A stretch of 63,562 bases of DNA, from positions 1 through 63,562 of the forward strand of contig JASGTU010000035.1 in the NCBI GenBank assembly GCA_030058085.1, given 5' to 3'. How positions within the stretch are numbered: position 1 is the stretch's first letter; every line of letters starts with the position of its first letter. The position numbers and the translations under genes are program-made. Positions 49,755-60,055 of the stretch are shown here, piece after piece. Source of the DNA: Chloroflexota bacterium. Its GTDB lineage: Bacteria > Chloroflexota > Anaerolineae > Caldilineales > Caldilineaceae. Under the pieces are notes generated by a model. The model was not told the DNA's origin and searched no databases. It was given only the letters and a program-made list of their open reading frames with translations.

Positions 49755-49788
49755 CGTCAAGACTGCGGGCCGGCTGCGTCTGCGTCGG

Positions 49789-50760
49789 TTAGCTGCCGGG
49801 GATGATCAACTCCTGGCCCTCGAAGAGGGCGTCGGGGTCGGTTAGTCCGTTGAACTCGAGAATCTCCTCGACGGTGACGCCGTAGCGGATGGCGATGCCG
49901 AGCAGGCTTTCGCCGCTCTGTACGACATGCACGGCGCCCTGGCGGACAAGAACGTCGCGTTGGGTGACGCCGGGGATGATCAACTCCTGTCCGACGCGCA
50001 GCAGGTTGCTGTCGACGAGGTTGTTCGCCTGGATGATGGCGTCGGCGCTAACCCCGTAGATGCCGGCGATCTCGAAGAGGCCCTGGCCTGCCTGGACAAC
50101 ATGCACGACGTTTGCGCCTGGGACTGCCGGTGAGACCGCGTCACCCGGCTCCGCGCCGGCTTCACCTGCCTCGGCGGGCGGCTGGTAGTTGGGGATGATG
50201 ATCTCCATGCCGACGGTCAGGTTATTGCGATCTAGTAGGTTGTTGAACTCCATGATCGTGTTGGGGTTGATCCCAAAGCGCAGCGCGATGCCGTTGAGGG
50301 TATCGCCCGGCTGGATGGTGTAGGCGAAGGGGCCGGGGGTGGGGGTGGGCATGCCTTCGGCGGTCATGCCTTCGACATAGGGTACGTAGAGCGGTTGGCC
50401 GACGTAGAGGTTGTCGCCCTCCAGCGCATTGAGGTCGCGCAGGGTTTCCAGGTCGGTGTCGAACTTAAAGGCGATGGATGAGAGCGTTTCGCCGGGCTGC
50501 ACTGCGTATTGGAACGTCTCGGGGCGGAGCACTGCGGTCGGCGTTGCCTCCGCCTCCGGCGTGCCCGTGCTCAACGGCTCCACTTCGGGCTCGGCGTTGG
50601 GTGCACTCTGGGCGGATTCTTGGATCTGAATAGGCGTAGGCGGTACGTTGGCCAGCGCCGAGGTCGCGGTAGGCTCCGGCGTGGGGCGTTCCCGGGTGCA
50701 GGCTGCTAACAGCAAGGCCAGCGCCAGCACAATTACAGCTTTACGGTACGCGGCATCCAC
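49789..50760 (-). CDS. Lipoprotein with four LysM peptidoglycan-binding repeats
   Basis: Lipobox LLLAAC. Four Y/H-x-V-Q-x-G-(E/D)-(T/S)-L ... type repeats (for example YAVQPGETLSSIA). GTG start. Confidence 0.85.
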   Translation of the reverse strand: MDAAYRKAVIVLALALLLAACTRERPTPEPTATSALANVPPTPIQIQESAQSAPNAEPEVEPLSTGTPEAEATPTAVLRPETFQYAVQPGETLSSIAFKFDTDLETLRDLNALEGDNLYVGQPLYVPYVEGMTAEGMPTPTPGPFAYTIQPGDTLNGIALRFGINPNTIMEFNNLLDRNNLTVGMEIIIPNYQPPAEAGEAGAEPGDAVSPAVPGANVVHVVQAGQGLFEIAGIYGVSADAIIQANNLVDSNLLRVGQELIIPGVTQRDVLVRQGAVHVVQSGESLLGIAIRYGVTVEEILEFNGLTDPDALFEGQELIIPGS

Positions 50761-50801
50761 GACATTCCCTCCGATGTGTTGACAGCGGCTCTATGACAGA
50801 G

Positions 50802-50830
50802 ATAATAGCACGGCGGCAGGCGAAGTGCAA
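50802..50830 (-). promoter_or_regulatory. Sigma70-like promoter for the LysM gene
   Basis: On the minus strand: TTGCAC (50830-50825), 17-nt spacer, TATTAT (50807-50802). A GGAGGGA RBS lies downstream. Confidence 0.4.
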
Positions 50831-50835
50831 GCGAA

Positions 50836-51429
50836 TTAGCGTAATATCTGGTAGGTGGTGGAGGCGGCTAGGAAGGCAAAGATGAGTAGCGGCAGGTTGA
50901 ACGGCGAAAAACCGAGGAACAGCGCCGCGCCCATACCGCCAAGCAAGACGCCAAAGACGATGCCGGCTAAGGCGAAGTAACGCAACCGGCGGCTGCGGCG
51001 CCGGCTGATCGCCCGGCGGATGATCTGCGCCAAGATTCCGCCCGCGGCGCCACCGACCATGAAGGCGATGATCAGGCTGAAGAACCAGAAAGGGAAAATG
51101 CCGAACAGGAAGGCGGCAATAGGCGCGGCGATGGCGGAGACGATCAGCGCCACCACGAACGCGATCAGGTTGTCGTTGGGCGCGGCGTTAAAGTAATTGT
51201 CCTGCACGCCGCGGATGCATTCTTTGCAGCGATAGCCTACGTCGGTGAGTTGGGCGCACTTGAGGCAGATCGGCTTGCCGCAGCGATTGCAGCGCAATAG
51301 CGTCTCTACGTCGGGATGGTTGGCGCAGTAGAGAACCTCGGCAGGCTGATCGCCGGACGAAGCCTGGCGCATATCGCCATCTGTTCGGCTATCCGTCGTG
51401 CTGTCAACTGTCGGCGTCGAGTCGGTCAA
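50836..51429 (-). CDS. Membrane protein with an N-terminal B-box-like zinc ribbon and 4 TM segments
   Basis: C-x2-H ... C-x2-C ... C-x2-C ... C-x2-C cluster (CANHP, CNRCG, CLKC, CKEC), followed by hydrophobic segments. Confidence 0.6.
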   Translation of the reverse strand: MTDSTPTVDSTTDSRTDGDMRQASSGDQPAEVLYCANHPDVETLLRCNRCGKPICLKCAQLTDVGYRCKECIRGVQDNYFNAAPNDNLIAFVVALIVSAIAAPIAAFLFGIFPFWFFSLIIAFMVGGAAGGILAQIIRRAISRRRSRRLRYFALAGIVFGVLLGGMGAALFLGFSPFNLPLLIFAFLAASTTYQILR

Positions 51430-51440
51430 GGGTGCGGCTC

Positions 51441-52430
<990 letters not shown>

Positions 52431-52737
52431 GCCGATGTACGTTTAGCTGCGCGTACAATCCGGCAAAGCCGCTTGCAACGCCAACGAACTGCTGTGTGCC
52501 GGTCGACATAGGTGGATGATAGTGTACGGGGCATGATCCGTCAAATTGATGGCTCCGATTGGGCGGCGGCTAGCGTTGTCGCGTACTAGTCGCTCGTACG
52601 GCTTCCTTGCCGTCGCTACAGAGCGTTCAGCTAAAACGGGCGAATAGCCCTCCGTTTGGCTGCATGCTAACTCTATGATGCGATCCGCATGCGTTGGAGT
52701 CGCACGGCAAATCGCCCTGTGGTATGATACGAAAATC

Positions 52738-53529
52738 ATGCGCGTTCTGGTTTTGTCAGACATCCATGCCAATCTGGTCGCCCTGGAGACGGTGCTGAAC
52801 GCCGCCCAGGGCAAGTTCGACGCGATCTGGTGCCTAGGCGACGTGGTCGGCTATGGGCCGCGGCCTAACGAGTGTATCGAGATCATCCGCGAGCGGGCGG
52901 CGCTGTGCGTGATGGGCAACCACGATTGGGCCGTGCTGGATCGTCCGGGCATCAACGTGGACGACTTCAATCCGCATGCGCGCCAGGCGGTGCTGTGGAC
53001 GCGGCAGGCGCTGACGCCGGAAAACCTGGCGTACCTCAACCAATTGCCTGATACGCCGATTCACCCTGAAGGCGCCAGCAACGTGCTGGTCACCCATGCC
53101 AGCCCGCGTGAGCCGGTGTGGGAATATATCTTGACGCCGAGCATTGCGATGGAGAACTTCGCGTCGTTCGAGGACCCCATTTGCCTGGTCGGGCACACGC
53201 ACAAGCCGGTTATCTTCCGCTGGTCGCTGCATGCGCGGGTAAACGCCGGGCCCGACGAGTACCGCCCGGCGACGGTGGACATGCTGCAACCGCAGGCGGG
53301 AGCGTCGGTTGCGCTTGCCGCCGCGCCGAACTTGCGCCTGATCATCAACCCCGGCAGCGTCGGTCAGCCGCGTGATAATGACGCCCGGGCGTCCTATGCC
53401 ATCCTGGATTTGGCGGCGATGACCTGGCGGGCAGAACGCATCGCTTATCCGATTGAACTGACGCAAGGGCAAATGCAAGAGGCTGGTCTGCCGCGCCGGC
53501 TAATTGACCGGCTGAGTTTCGGCTGGTAG
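52738..53529 (+). CDS. Calcineurin-like metallophosphoesterase (YfcE/MJ0936-like)
   Basis: LSDIHAN, GDVVGYG, GNHD and GHTH motifs. Confidence 0.85.
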   Translation: MRVLVLSDIHANLVALETVLNAAQGKFDAIWCLGDVVGYGPRPNECIEIIRERAALCVMGNHDWAVLDRPGINVDDFNPHARQAVLWTRQALTPENLAYLNQLPDTPIHPEGASNVLVTHASPREPVWEYILTPSIAMENFASFEDPICLVGHTHKPVIFRWSLHARVNAGPDEYRPATVDMLQPQAGASVALAAAPNLRLIINPGSVGQPRDNDARASYAILDLAAMTWRAERIAYPIELTQGQMQEAGLPRRLIDRLSFGW

Positions 53530-53569
53530 GCCTCGCCCGTGCGGCGTCGAAGACAGTCGTCAGAGCGCA

Positions 53570-56128
53570 TCAGCGCGCATTGCCGTTCGGCTCACCCAGT
53601 GTAGAGCCGTCTCCGCCTAAGTCGTCCCCGCCCAACCGATCGTACATCTCAAACCAGTCGGGCAGTTCCTGGGAGCGTTGATGCGCGCGGGTCGCTTCTT
53701 GTTGCTGGCGATAGAGCTCGATGCGGCGGCGGATCTCCTCGCTCACCCCACGCGGGTTGGGCACCCAATCGAAGGTGAACATACCCTCTGTGGCCGCGGT
53801 TTGCAAGCGTACATTGCCGAAGCCGAAGAGGAAGTTGATCGGGCTGGGCATGCTGACTTCGATATTCTCGATTTCGCCCAGGAGCGCACTGCGCCGGTTT
53901 TCGGCAAAGAAGAGCGGCTTCTTCTCGACGTCAGCGAGCTGCTTGTAGTCCACTTCGTAGGTGTCGTTGCGCCAGTCGGCTACGTTCCAGGCGAACCAAG
54001 CGGCTGCCCCCAGGCCGAACACAGCCAGGACGATGTCGACGGCGGCGACGACGGCGTTGAGCGATTCGGGCAGGAATCGTTGGCCCGCCAGAAGCAACAG
54101 GATGAAGATGAGAATGGTGGTTGGGCTGGCGACCCTGCCCAACAGGATCAGCCAGTGTTTGCGCCAGACAATCAGGTCTAGCGAGGTTGGCTGTGAGGGC
54201 TGGGCAGGCCGCAAGCGCTCGAGCGTGCGACGCATCCAGGAGCGTTCCGGCTCCTCTACCACGCGGCCGGCGGTGACGCGTACCGGCATATGGAGACGAA
54301 GCCCTAGCCGCTGCTCCAGCAGGTTCTGGATAATCATCTTGCTGGAGGCCTGGTAGTGGAGTTGGCGCAGGCCCTGCTGCTCCAGGATGGTGCGGCGGAT
54401 GTTATGGGCATTGGGCACAAAGTCAAACCGGATCGAGCCGGCGGCAGCGGCTGTTTGGATATGCAGGTTGCCGTAGTTAAGCAGGTTGCCGAAAAAGGTG
54501 AGCTTCACGTCCACACCTCGAATCTGTTCCAGAAAAGCAGCCTGGCGCCACTCGGCGATGAACAGCACCTTTTCCTGGTGGACGAGGCGTTGATTGGTGA
54601 CGAGAATATAGTCATTCAGGTAGTCGATGATCGACCACAGAAGTTGGCCGGCGGCTACGGCGGTGAACACGCCAAGCACACCGATGTGCCAAAGGGTCGT
54701 CCAACCGCGCAGAAGGAAAAGGGTGTAGACAAGAGCCAAAAAGGTAAAGAGGACGAATGAGATGGCTGTCTTGCGCAGCAGGACGATGGCATGGCGGCGC
54801 TGCAAGAGAACGAGGTTTTCGCCGGGGGAGAGCCACGAATAGCGACGGCGCGCTTGCGTGCGCCCGAGGAAGCGCTCCGCCGCCGGGCCGAGGTTGAGGC
54901 GCTCCATCAGATGCGGCCCGGCGTCGTCCAGGAAGGTGCGGAAGTCCTCATTGTGCAGCCGCAGCCATTGACTGCCCGCCTCGGCCTGTACGGTGGACTC
55001 CAGCGGGTGATCCACCTTAAGGGCAAGTTCGCTGAAGAAATTGGGGCCATAGACACGCGCCGGCTGCAGGGCATGGCCGTCTTCCAGAGCGCGCAGCATT
55101 GCCTGGCTGCCCGGCATCAGGATCCAAAGGCTGTCGCCTGTCTCGCCCTGTTGCATAAGCAGATGGGGGATGGGCACATGGTAATGGCTCATATAGCCGA
55201 GCAGCCGGTGGCGCTGTTCCGGCGTGAAGCCGGCAAAGGGCGCAGTCGCATCAATGGCCTCGATGCGCCGGTCGCGCAGATCGCGTTCGGCGCGCTCCGG
55301 GTCGACGTTGGTGAGTTCGACGAGTGTGAGCCGCGGCCATACGAAGACGTCCGCTTCACCCACGGCGTGCGCCCAATGTCCATAGCGTTCGTCTTCGGCG
55401 TGGGCGGGGTCGGGCAGCGGCGCATTGAGGACGCCGAAGCCCATGCCGTTGCCGAGCCACATGGCCGCCCCGTCGGGCCATGTCAGCCGGATTTGCCCCT
55501 GGTTGACGATAAATATATGATCAGCAATGGCATCCTCGGCGTAAACGGCTTCGTCGGGCTGCAGATGTACCTGGCGAGCCGCCTCGGCGACATAGGCCAG
55601 GGTCGTCAGTTCCAGGTTGCGAAAGAGCGGAACCGTACGCAGCCGGCCCATCACGTCGACGGGTGCGATGCGTTTACGCAACTCCGGGAAGGCATAAAGC
55701 AGCCGCTCCAGCGCGGTGGCGTCGATGGCGGCATACCGGCAGAATTCGACGGCGCGGGTGCGCGTGCTGTGTTTGCGCCCATAAAGCAGATCGTAGGCGC
55801 CGACAAGCTGCCCGGCGCCGACCTCGCGACGCAGCGAGACGCGCCGCCGGCTGCCGGCGGCGGCGCTGATGCGATCTTGGGAGAGGCTGCCGGACGTTAG
55901 GAGATAGACGTGCGTTACCGGAGCGTCTTGCTCATACAGAATGGCACGCGGGCGCAGTTCACCGACAGTCACTGCCCCGTAGAGGATGTGCTCCACGTCG
56001 TCGCGGCGCAGCCCCCACTGGATCATCAAGGCGATGACCTGGGCTAGCGCCACTGCGGGGTCCGCAGCGACCTCTGCGGCGACCCCTGCCTGGCTTTCGT
56101 CTTGGCTTTCGTCGTAGCTGATGTCCAT
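53570..56128 (-). CDS. Multi-domain membrane protein: tandem cyclic-nucleotide-binding-like domains plus YdbT-like bPH (PH_2) membrane modules
   Basis: CAP/cNMP-like segments (LFRNLE ... IFIVNQGQIRL; FAGFTPEQ ... LWILMPGS). Two TM-pair plus bPH units (ILVTNQRLV..., NVRLQTAA...). ATG at 56128 lies 10 nt after the uvrC stop. Confidence 0.65.
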   Translation of the reverse strand: MDISYDESQDESQAGVAAEVAADPAVALAQVIALMIQWGLRRDDVEHILYGAVTVGELRPRAILYEQDAPVTHVYLLTSGSLSQDRISAAAGSRRRVSLRREVGAGQLVGAYDLLYGRKHSTRTRAVEFCRYAAIDATALERLLYAFPELRKRIAPVDVMGRLRTVPLFRNLELTTLAYVAEAARQVHLQPDEAVYAEDAIADHIFIVNQGQIRLTWPDGAAMWLGNGMGFGVLNAPLPDPAHAEDERYGHWAHAVGEADVFVWPRLTLVELTNVDPERAERDLRDRRIEAIDATAPFAGFTPEQRHRLLGYMSHYHVPIPHLLMQQGETGDSLWILMPGSQAMLRALEDGHALQPARVYGPNFFSELALKVDHPLESTVQAEAGSQWLRLHNEDFRTFLDDAGPHLMERLNLGPAAERFLGRTQARRRYSWLSPGENLVLLQRRHAIVLLRKTAISFVLFTFLALVYTLFLLRGWTTLWHIGVLGVFTAVAAGQLLWSIIDYLNDYILVTNQRLVHQEKVLFIAEWRQAAFLEQIRGVDVKLTFFGNLLNYGNLHIQTAAAAGSIRFDFVPNAHNIRRTILEQQGLRQLHYQASSKMIIQNLLEQRLGLRLHMPVRVTAGRVVEEPERSWMRRTLERLRPAQPSQPTSLDLIVWRKHWLILLGRVASPTTILIFILLLLAGQRFLPESLNAVVAAVDIVLAVFGLGAAAWFAWNVADWRNDTYEVDYKQLADVEKKPLFFAENRRSALLGEIENIEVSMPSPINFLFGFGNVRLQTAATEGMFTFDWVPNPRGVSEEIRRRIELYRQQQEATRAHQRSQELPDWFEMYDRLGGDDLGGDGSTLGEPNGNAR

Positions 56129-56138
56129 GACGGTTGGG

Positions 56139-58034
56139 CTACAGATGCTCCTTGACGGCAACCGCTGACCGGCGATCCATGCCCGGTACGGCCAAGAGGT
56201 CGTCGAGCGAGGCTTGCCGGATGCGTTCGAGATCGCCGCCGAAATAGGTGAGCAGCGCCTTGCGCCGCGCCGGACCGATGCCCGGCACGTCGTCCAGCTT
56301 GGAGCGCGTCTGTTCTTTACGACGCAGATTACGGTGATAGGTGATGGCGAATCGATGGGCCTCGTCGCGAATGCGCTGGACGAGGTGCAGCGCCGAGCTG
56401 CCGCGTTTGAGCCACAGGGCTTTGGATTCGCCGGGGCGGAAAATCTCCTCCTCGCGCTTGGCAAGCCCTACGACGGGGATGCGGTCGAGAAGGTCGAACT
56501 CGCCGAGCACCTCGACGGCGATGCCCAACTGGCCCTTGCCGCCGTCGACGATCACCAGGTCGGGTACCATGCGCCAGCTCTCGTCGGAGCGGTTTTTCTT
56601 GCCGGGGTCGGAAGCGTTGTCCTCGATGATGCGGCGGAAGCGGCGGCGCAACATCTCGCGCATGCTGGCGAAGTCGTCGGGCTCGCCTTGGCTGCCTTTG
56701 CCGCGGATCTTGAAACGCTTGTAGGCGTTCTTCTGCGGTACGCCGCGGGCAAAGACGACCATCGAGCCGACGGTGTTCGTTCCCTGCAGCGTGCTGACGT
56801 CGAAGCACTCGATGCGCGTGGGGGGGCGTTCCAGCCGCAGCGCTTGTTGCAGGTCGGTGAGGGCTTCGGTCTGGCGGTTGGTGTCGGCGGTCCACTCTGC
56901 TTGCTGGAGGCGCAGGTATTCGGCTGCGTTCTTTTCGGCTGTCTCCATCAGGCTGCGCTTGGGGCCGCGCAAGGGTACGCGCAGTTCTGCCTTGCCGCCG
57001 CGCCGTTCCGCCAGCCATTCCTCTAGGATAGATTGGTCGTCCGGCATGGCCTGTACCAGAATCAGCCTGGGGATGAAGGCGGCGTTGTCGTAGAAGCGCT
57101 GGATGAATGTCCCAACCAGCAAGCCGTGCTGGTTGACGTCAGCCTGCGGAGCTTCTGCGCCTTCGAGGATGAAGTTCTCGCGGCCGATCAAGCGGCCATG
57201 ACGAACCATGAAGACCTGTACGGCGGTATCGCCGGTGCGGGCGTCTTGGGCCAGCGCCACATAGTCGGCATCCTCGACCTTTGCGGCTACCATCTTCTGT
57301 TGATCGGCTATCTGGCGGGCCGACTTGATGCGGTCGCGGTAGAGCGCGGCCAACTCGAAGTTGAGGTTCTCGGCGGCGCGCGCCATCTGCGCTTCCATCC
57401 GGGCCAACACGCCCTCTGAGTCGCCGTTCAGGAAATCCATCAGTTGCCGCAAGGTGTCCCGATATTCGCCCCGCGTCTGTGCGCCGATGCAGGGGCCGCC
57501 GCACATTTTGATGTGGTAATAGAGACAGGGACGCGGGTCCTGCCCTGTGATAGTGCGTTCGCAGTCGAGATAAGGGAAGACGCGGCGCAGCGCTTCGAGC
57601 GTCTGGCGGCAGGCGCGGGCGCTGGTGTAGGGGCCGAAGTAGCGCGCCCCGTCGTGAAGCATATTGCGCACGATTTCGATCTTGGGGAAATCGTCCTGCC
57701 AGTTGATCTTGATGTAGGGGAAGGACTTGTCGTCCTTCAGGCGGATGTTGTAGCGCGGTTGAAAACGCTTGATCAACTCGTTTTCGAGGATCAGCGCTTC
57801 GAGTTCCGTCTTTGTGACCCACCAGGTGATATCACGAATCTCGTCGACCAGCGCCAGAGTCTTGGGCGTGTGTTGTGCGCTGCTGTGGAAGTAGCTGCGC
57901 ACGCGGTTGCGCAGCACAAGCGCCTTGCCGACGTAGATGACGTCGCCGCGCTCGTTCAGCATCTGGTAGCAGCCGGGGCTGTCGGGCAGTTGCGCCAGCT
58001 TGCGGCTGACAGCTTCGGGCAGTTCACGATTCAT
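56139..58034 (-). CDS. uvrC: Excinuclease ABC subunit C
   Basis: GIY-YIG N-terminus (GCYQMLNERGDVIYVGKA), UvrBC-binding region, RNase H-like endonuclease domain and C-terminal (HhH)2. Confidence 0.96.
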   Translation of the reverse strand: MNRELPEAVSRKLAQLPDSPGCYQMLNERGDVIYVGKALVLRNRVRSYFHSSAQHTPKTLALVDEIRDITWWVTKTELEALILENELIKRFQPRYNIRLKDDKSFPYIKINWQDDFPKIEIVRNMLHDGARYFGPYTSARACRQTLEALRRVFPYLDCERTITGQDPRPCLYYHIKMCGGPCIGAQTRGEYRDTLRQLMDFLNGDSEGVLARMEAQMARAAENLNFELAALYRDRIKSARQIADQQKMVAAKVEDADYVALAQDARTGDTAVQVFMVRHGRLIGRENFILEGAEAPQADVNQHGLLVGTFIQRFYDNAAFIPRLILVQAMPDDQSILEEWLAERRGGKAELRVPLRGPKRSLMETAEKNAAEYLRLQQAEWTADTNRQTEALTDLQQALRLERPPTRIECFDVSTLQGTNTVGSMVVFARGVPQKNAYKRFKIRGKGSQGEPDDFASMREMLRRRFRRIIEDNASDPGKKNRSDESWRMVPDLVIVDGGKGQLGIAVEVLGEFDLLDRIPVVGLAKREEEIFRPGESKALWLKRGSSALHLVQRIRDEAHRFAITYHRNLRRKEQTRSKLDDVPGIGPARRKALLTYFGGDLERIRQASLDDLLAVPGMDRRSAVAVKEHL

Positions 58035-58224
58035 GGCGGCATTGTACCACGGCCTTGCCTTCAGAGCATGCGCTGTGCACTACAAAGCGGCGAGACGCAT
58101 TGCTGTACAGCGGACTGTGTGAGCGCGCCGTACTCTGGTAGAATGGGCTTACTCGCGCTGCGCCTGGGCATCCGATTGGCCGGGAACGCGCGCGGCGCAC
58201 CTGGCGGAAAAGATAGAGGCGTCG

Positions 58225-58698
58225 ATGTCGAACCATACGCGCACCATCGTCTATTCGGGAGTGTTGGCCGCCGCCTATGTCGTCCTAACATTGGCGCTGG
58301 CGCCGATCTCCTTCTTGCAGATACAGTTCCGAGTTTCCGAGATTCTTAAACCGGCAGTGCTGTGGAACCCGGTTTTCGCCGTCGCCTTTGGCATCGGCAC
58401 GTTCCTTGCCAACCTCACGTCGCCCTTCGGCGCGTGGGATTTCGTGGCGATGGCCCTGGTGGATGCCGTGGCGGCGCTCGTCTGTTGGTGGATGCGCCGG
58501 TGGCCTATTGTTGCTGTAGCCGTCCAGGCCGTCTTGATCAGCGCCGGCGTGGCGATTTTCCCGCTGCATTTCGGCGGCGGGCTGCCGATTGTGCTGTCCT
58601 TTGTGAGCGTGCTGGCATCGCAGTTGATCCTGCTGGTAGGCGGCTATTACTTGGTCTGGCGCAAGGCCGGCCCAATCTTGTTCAGGGGGACGCGATGA
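58225..58698 (+). CDS. queT: QueT-family queuosine-precursor transporter
   Basis: 5-TM protein with the characteristic ISFLQIQFRVSE segment. Confidence 0.7.
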   Translation: MSNHTRTIVYSGVLAAAYVVLTLALAPISFLQIQFRVSEILKPAVLWNPVFAVAFGIGTFLANLTSPFGAWDFVAMALVDAVAALVCWWMRRWPIVAVAVQAVLISAGVAIFPLHFGGGLPIVLSFVSVLASQLILLVGGYYLVWRKAGPILFRGTR

Positions 58699-59648
58699 GG
58701 GGCGGCAACAAGAAGGAGCTGGTCAGTAAGCTGGCCGCGCTGCGTGACGATCCGCCGGCGCAAGCGGCCTATGCATTGACCTTGCTGGACGCCAAGAATG
58801 GGCTGGAAGCGGTGCGCGCCGCGTTGGAGGTGTTGGCGAAACACCCGCAGGATGAGGCGCGGCCCAAGCTGCGCGCGCTGTACGAACACTATGCCGCCCA
58901 CAACGGCACGCGCGACGTGGGCGCGTACACGCGCAGCGCTATTCTCAAGGCGTTGCGTCGGGTTGCGCGCCCGGCGGACACGGACATCCTACTCACCGCC
59001 GTCACGACCTATGAGTTTCCGCCCCCGGCTTTTGCGGAGGAGGCGGGTATGCTGCGCGGCGGGGCGCTGATCGTCCTTAGCGAGGTGGACGAACAAGTGG
59101 CGCGCTACTTCGCTACGCGTTTGCTGGCTGACGGCTACACCGAGCGCATGTCGGGCGAGCCGGCGCTGACCGCGGTGCAGGTTTTGGCGACGCAGGAGGA
59201 ATGGCTGCCGATCTATTTCTGCGCGGTCCAGAGCGCCAATGGCGCACCGGCGGAGGTCGTCGCCGACTGTCTGCGCCAGTTGACCGCGGCGCCTCTGCCT
59301 GTGGTGCAGGAACTCGTCAAGCAGTTTGGCGAAGGCGAGAATTTGCCTGCGCTCGTCGGGCTATTCGACCTGCTTTTGCAGCACCGTTCCGGCCCGCAGG
59401 GGTTGGACTTCTTGGCGAACTTCCTGCAAACGACGCATGACATGGATCTGTATCGCTACCTGTGTATGGTGATGGCGACATCACCGCACGCGAGCGCGCG
59501 TGAAGCGCTTGCCGCGGCGGGTCGCTATGAGTTAGGGCGGGCGAAGCTGGAGGTGCTGCGCGAGGTTTTGGAATTGGCGCCGCCCGATCCGGCATTGGCC
59601 GAACTACGCGATCATATTGCCCCGTCGCACGGCGGAAAGCGGGGCTGA
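58695..59648 (+). CDS. Hypothetical alpha-helical (HEAT/ARM-like) repeat protein
   Basis: The ATG overlaps the queT stop (ATGA). The product is Leu/Ala-rich and helical, with no catalytic motifs. Confidence 0.5.
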   Translation: MRGGNKKELVSKLAALRDDPPAQAAYALTLLDAKNGLEAVRAALEVLAKHPQDEARPKLRALYEHYAAHNGTRDVGAYTRSAILKALRRVARPADTDILLTAVTTYEFPPPAFAEEAGMLRGGALIVLSEVDEQVARYFATRLLADGYTERMSGEPALTAVQVLATQEEWLPIYFCAVQSANGAPAEVVADCLRQLTAAPLPVVQELVKQFGEGENLPALVGLFDLLLQHRSGPQGLDFLANFLQTTHDMDLYRYLCMVMATSPHASAREALAAAGRYELGRAKLEVLREVLELAPPDPALAELRDHIAPSHGGKRG

Positions 59649-59720
59649 CGAGAGTATCGTCAGCGTAGGTCGGGTGCATGAAATAGCGGGATTTGTCGGG
59701 GGAGGGACCTTGATTTTGTC

Positions 59721-59750
59721 TTGCCCGAATGCCCGGCAATGTGGTATAGT
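59721..59750 (+). promoter_or_regulatory. Promoter of the candidate sRNA
   Basis: TTGCCC (59721-26), 18-nt spacer, TGgTATAGT (extended -10; TATAGT at 59745-50). Confidence 0.5.
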
Positions 59751-59756
59751 ATAGGT

Positions 59757-59975
59757 GACTCTGCAGTTTCCGTGATCGGATAGAATGCGGGGCGAGCCAA
59801 CACCTTAAATACGGGAGCACGATCAAGCGGCGTGGAAGTGTTAGCCTTGGCCTTTTGGCCTCGGCAAGACGGAAGCGCCCAATCGGCGCCCACCTGCGTT
59901 AGCAGGTTCGTACCCACTGTCCACACGATCCTGCGGAGTCATGCCCGTCCGTACTATACGGACGGCTTTCTTTTT
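59757..59975 (+). ncRNA. Candidate stand-alone structured sRNA: a ~184-nt core plus an intrinsic terminator. Family unknown; 6S-like is one hypothesis.
   Basis: The 5' GACTCTGCAG (59757-66) pairs with CTGCGGAGTC (59931-40). Further interrupted helices and three GC-rich hairpins lie inside. Terminator CCGTCCGTA-CTA-TACGGACGG plus T-run at 59945-59975. The downstream gene has its own promoter. Confidence 0.55.
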
Positions 59976-59987
59976 ATGTTGAGTCAA

Positions 59988-60016
59988 TTGACGGGTTGCG
60001 CCCTTTGTGGTAGACT
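59988..60016 (+). promoter_or_regulatory. Sigma70-like promoter of the MBL-fold hydrolase gene
   Basis: TTGACG (59988-93), 17-nt spacer, TGgTAGACT (TAGACT at 60011-16). Confidence 0.5.
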
Positions 60017-60055
60017 GGCGTTCAGGTTGTCATAAAGCATTGCAGCGTTGCGGCT

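Noticed and set aside
56129-56464. N-terminal 112-aa extension of ORF 53570..56464, and similar extensions of 28929..30947, 28672..29082, 14962..16704 and 38428..38979
   Set aside because: The extensions overlap the 3' ends of well-supported upstream genes and are Arg/Ser-rich. Internal starts with good RBSs remove the overlaps.
58035-58224. A preQ1 riboswitch upstream of queT
   Set aside because: QueT genes are often preQ1-regulated. However, I could not find the short hairpin plus A-rich tail (preQ1-I) or preQ1-II features. The leader is GC-rich, with only GGAAAAGATAGAGG near the RBS. A cmscan would be needed.
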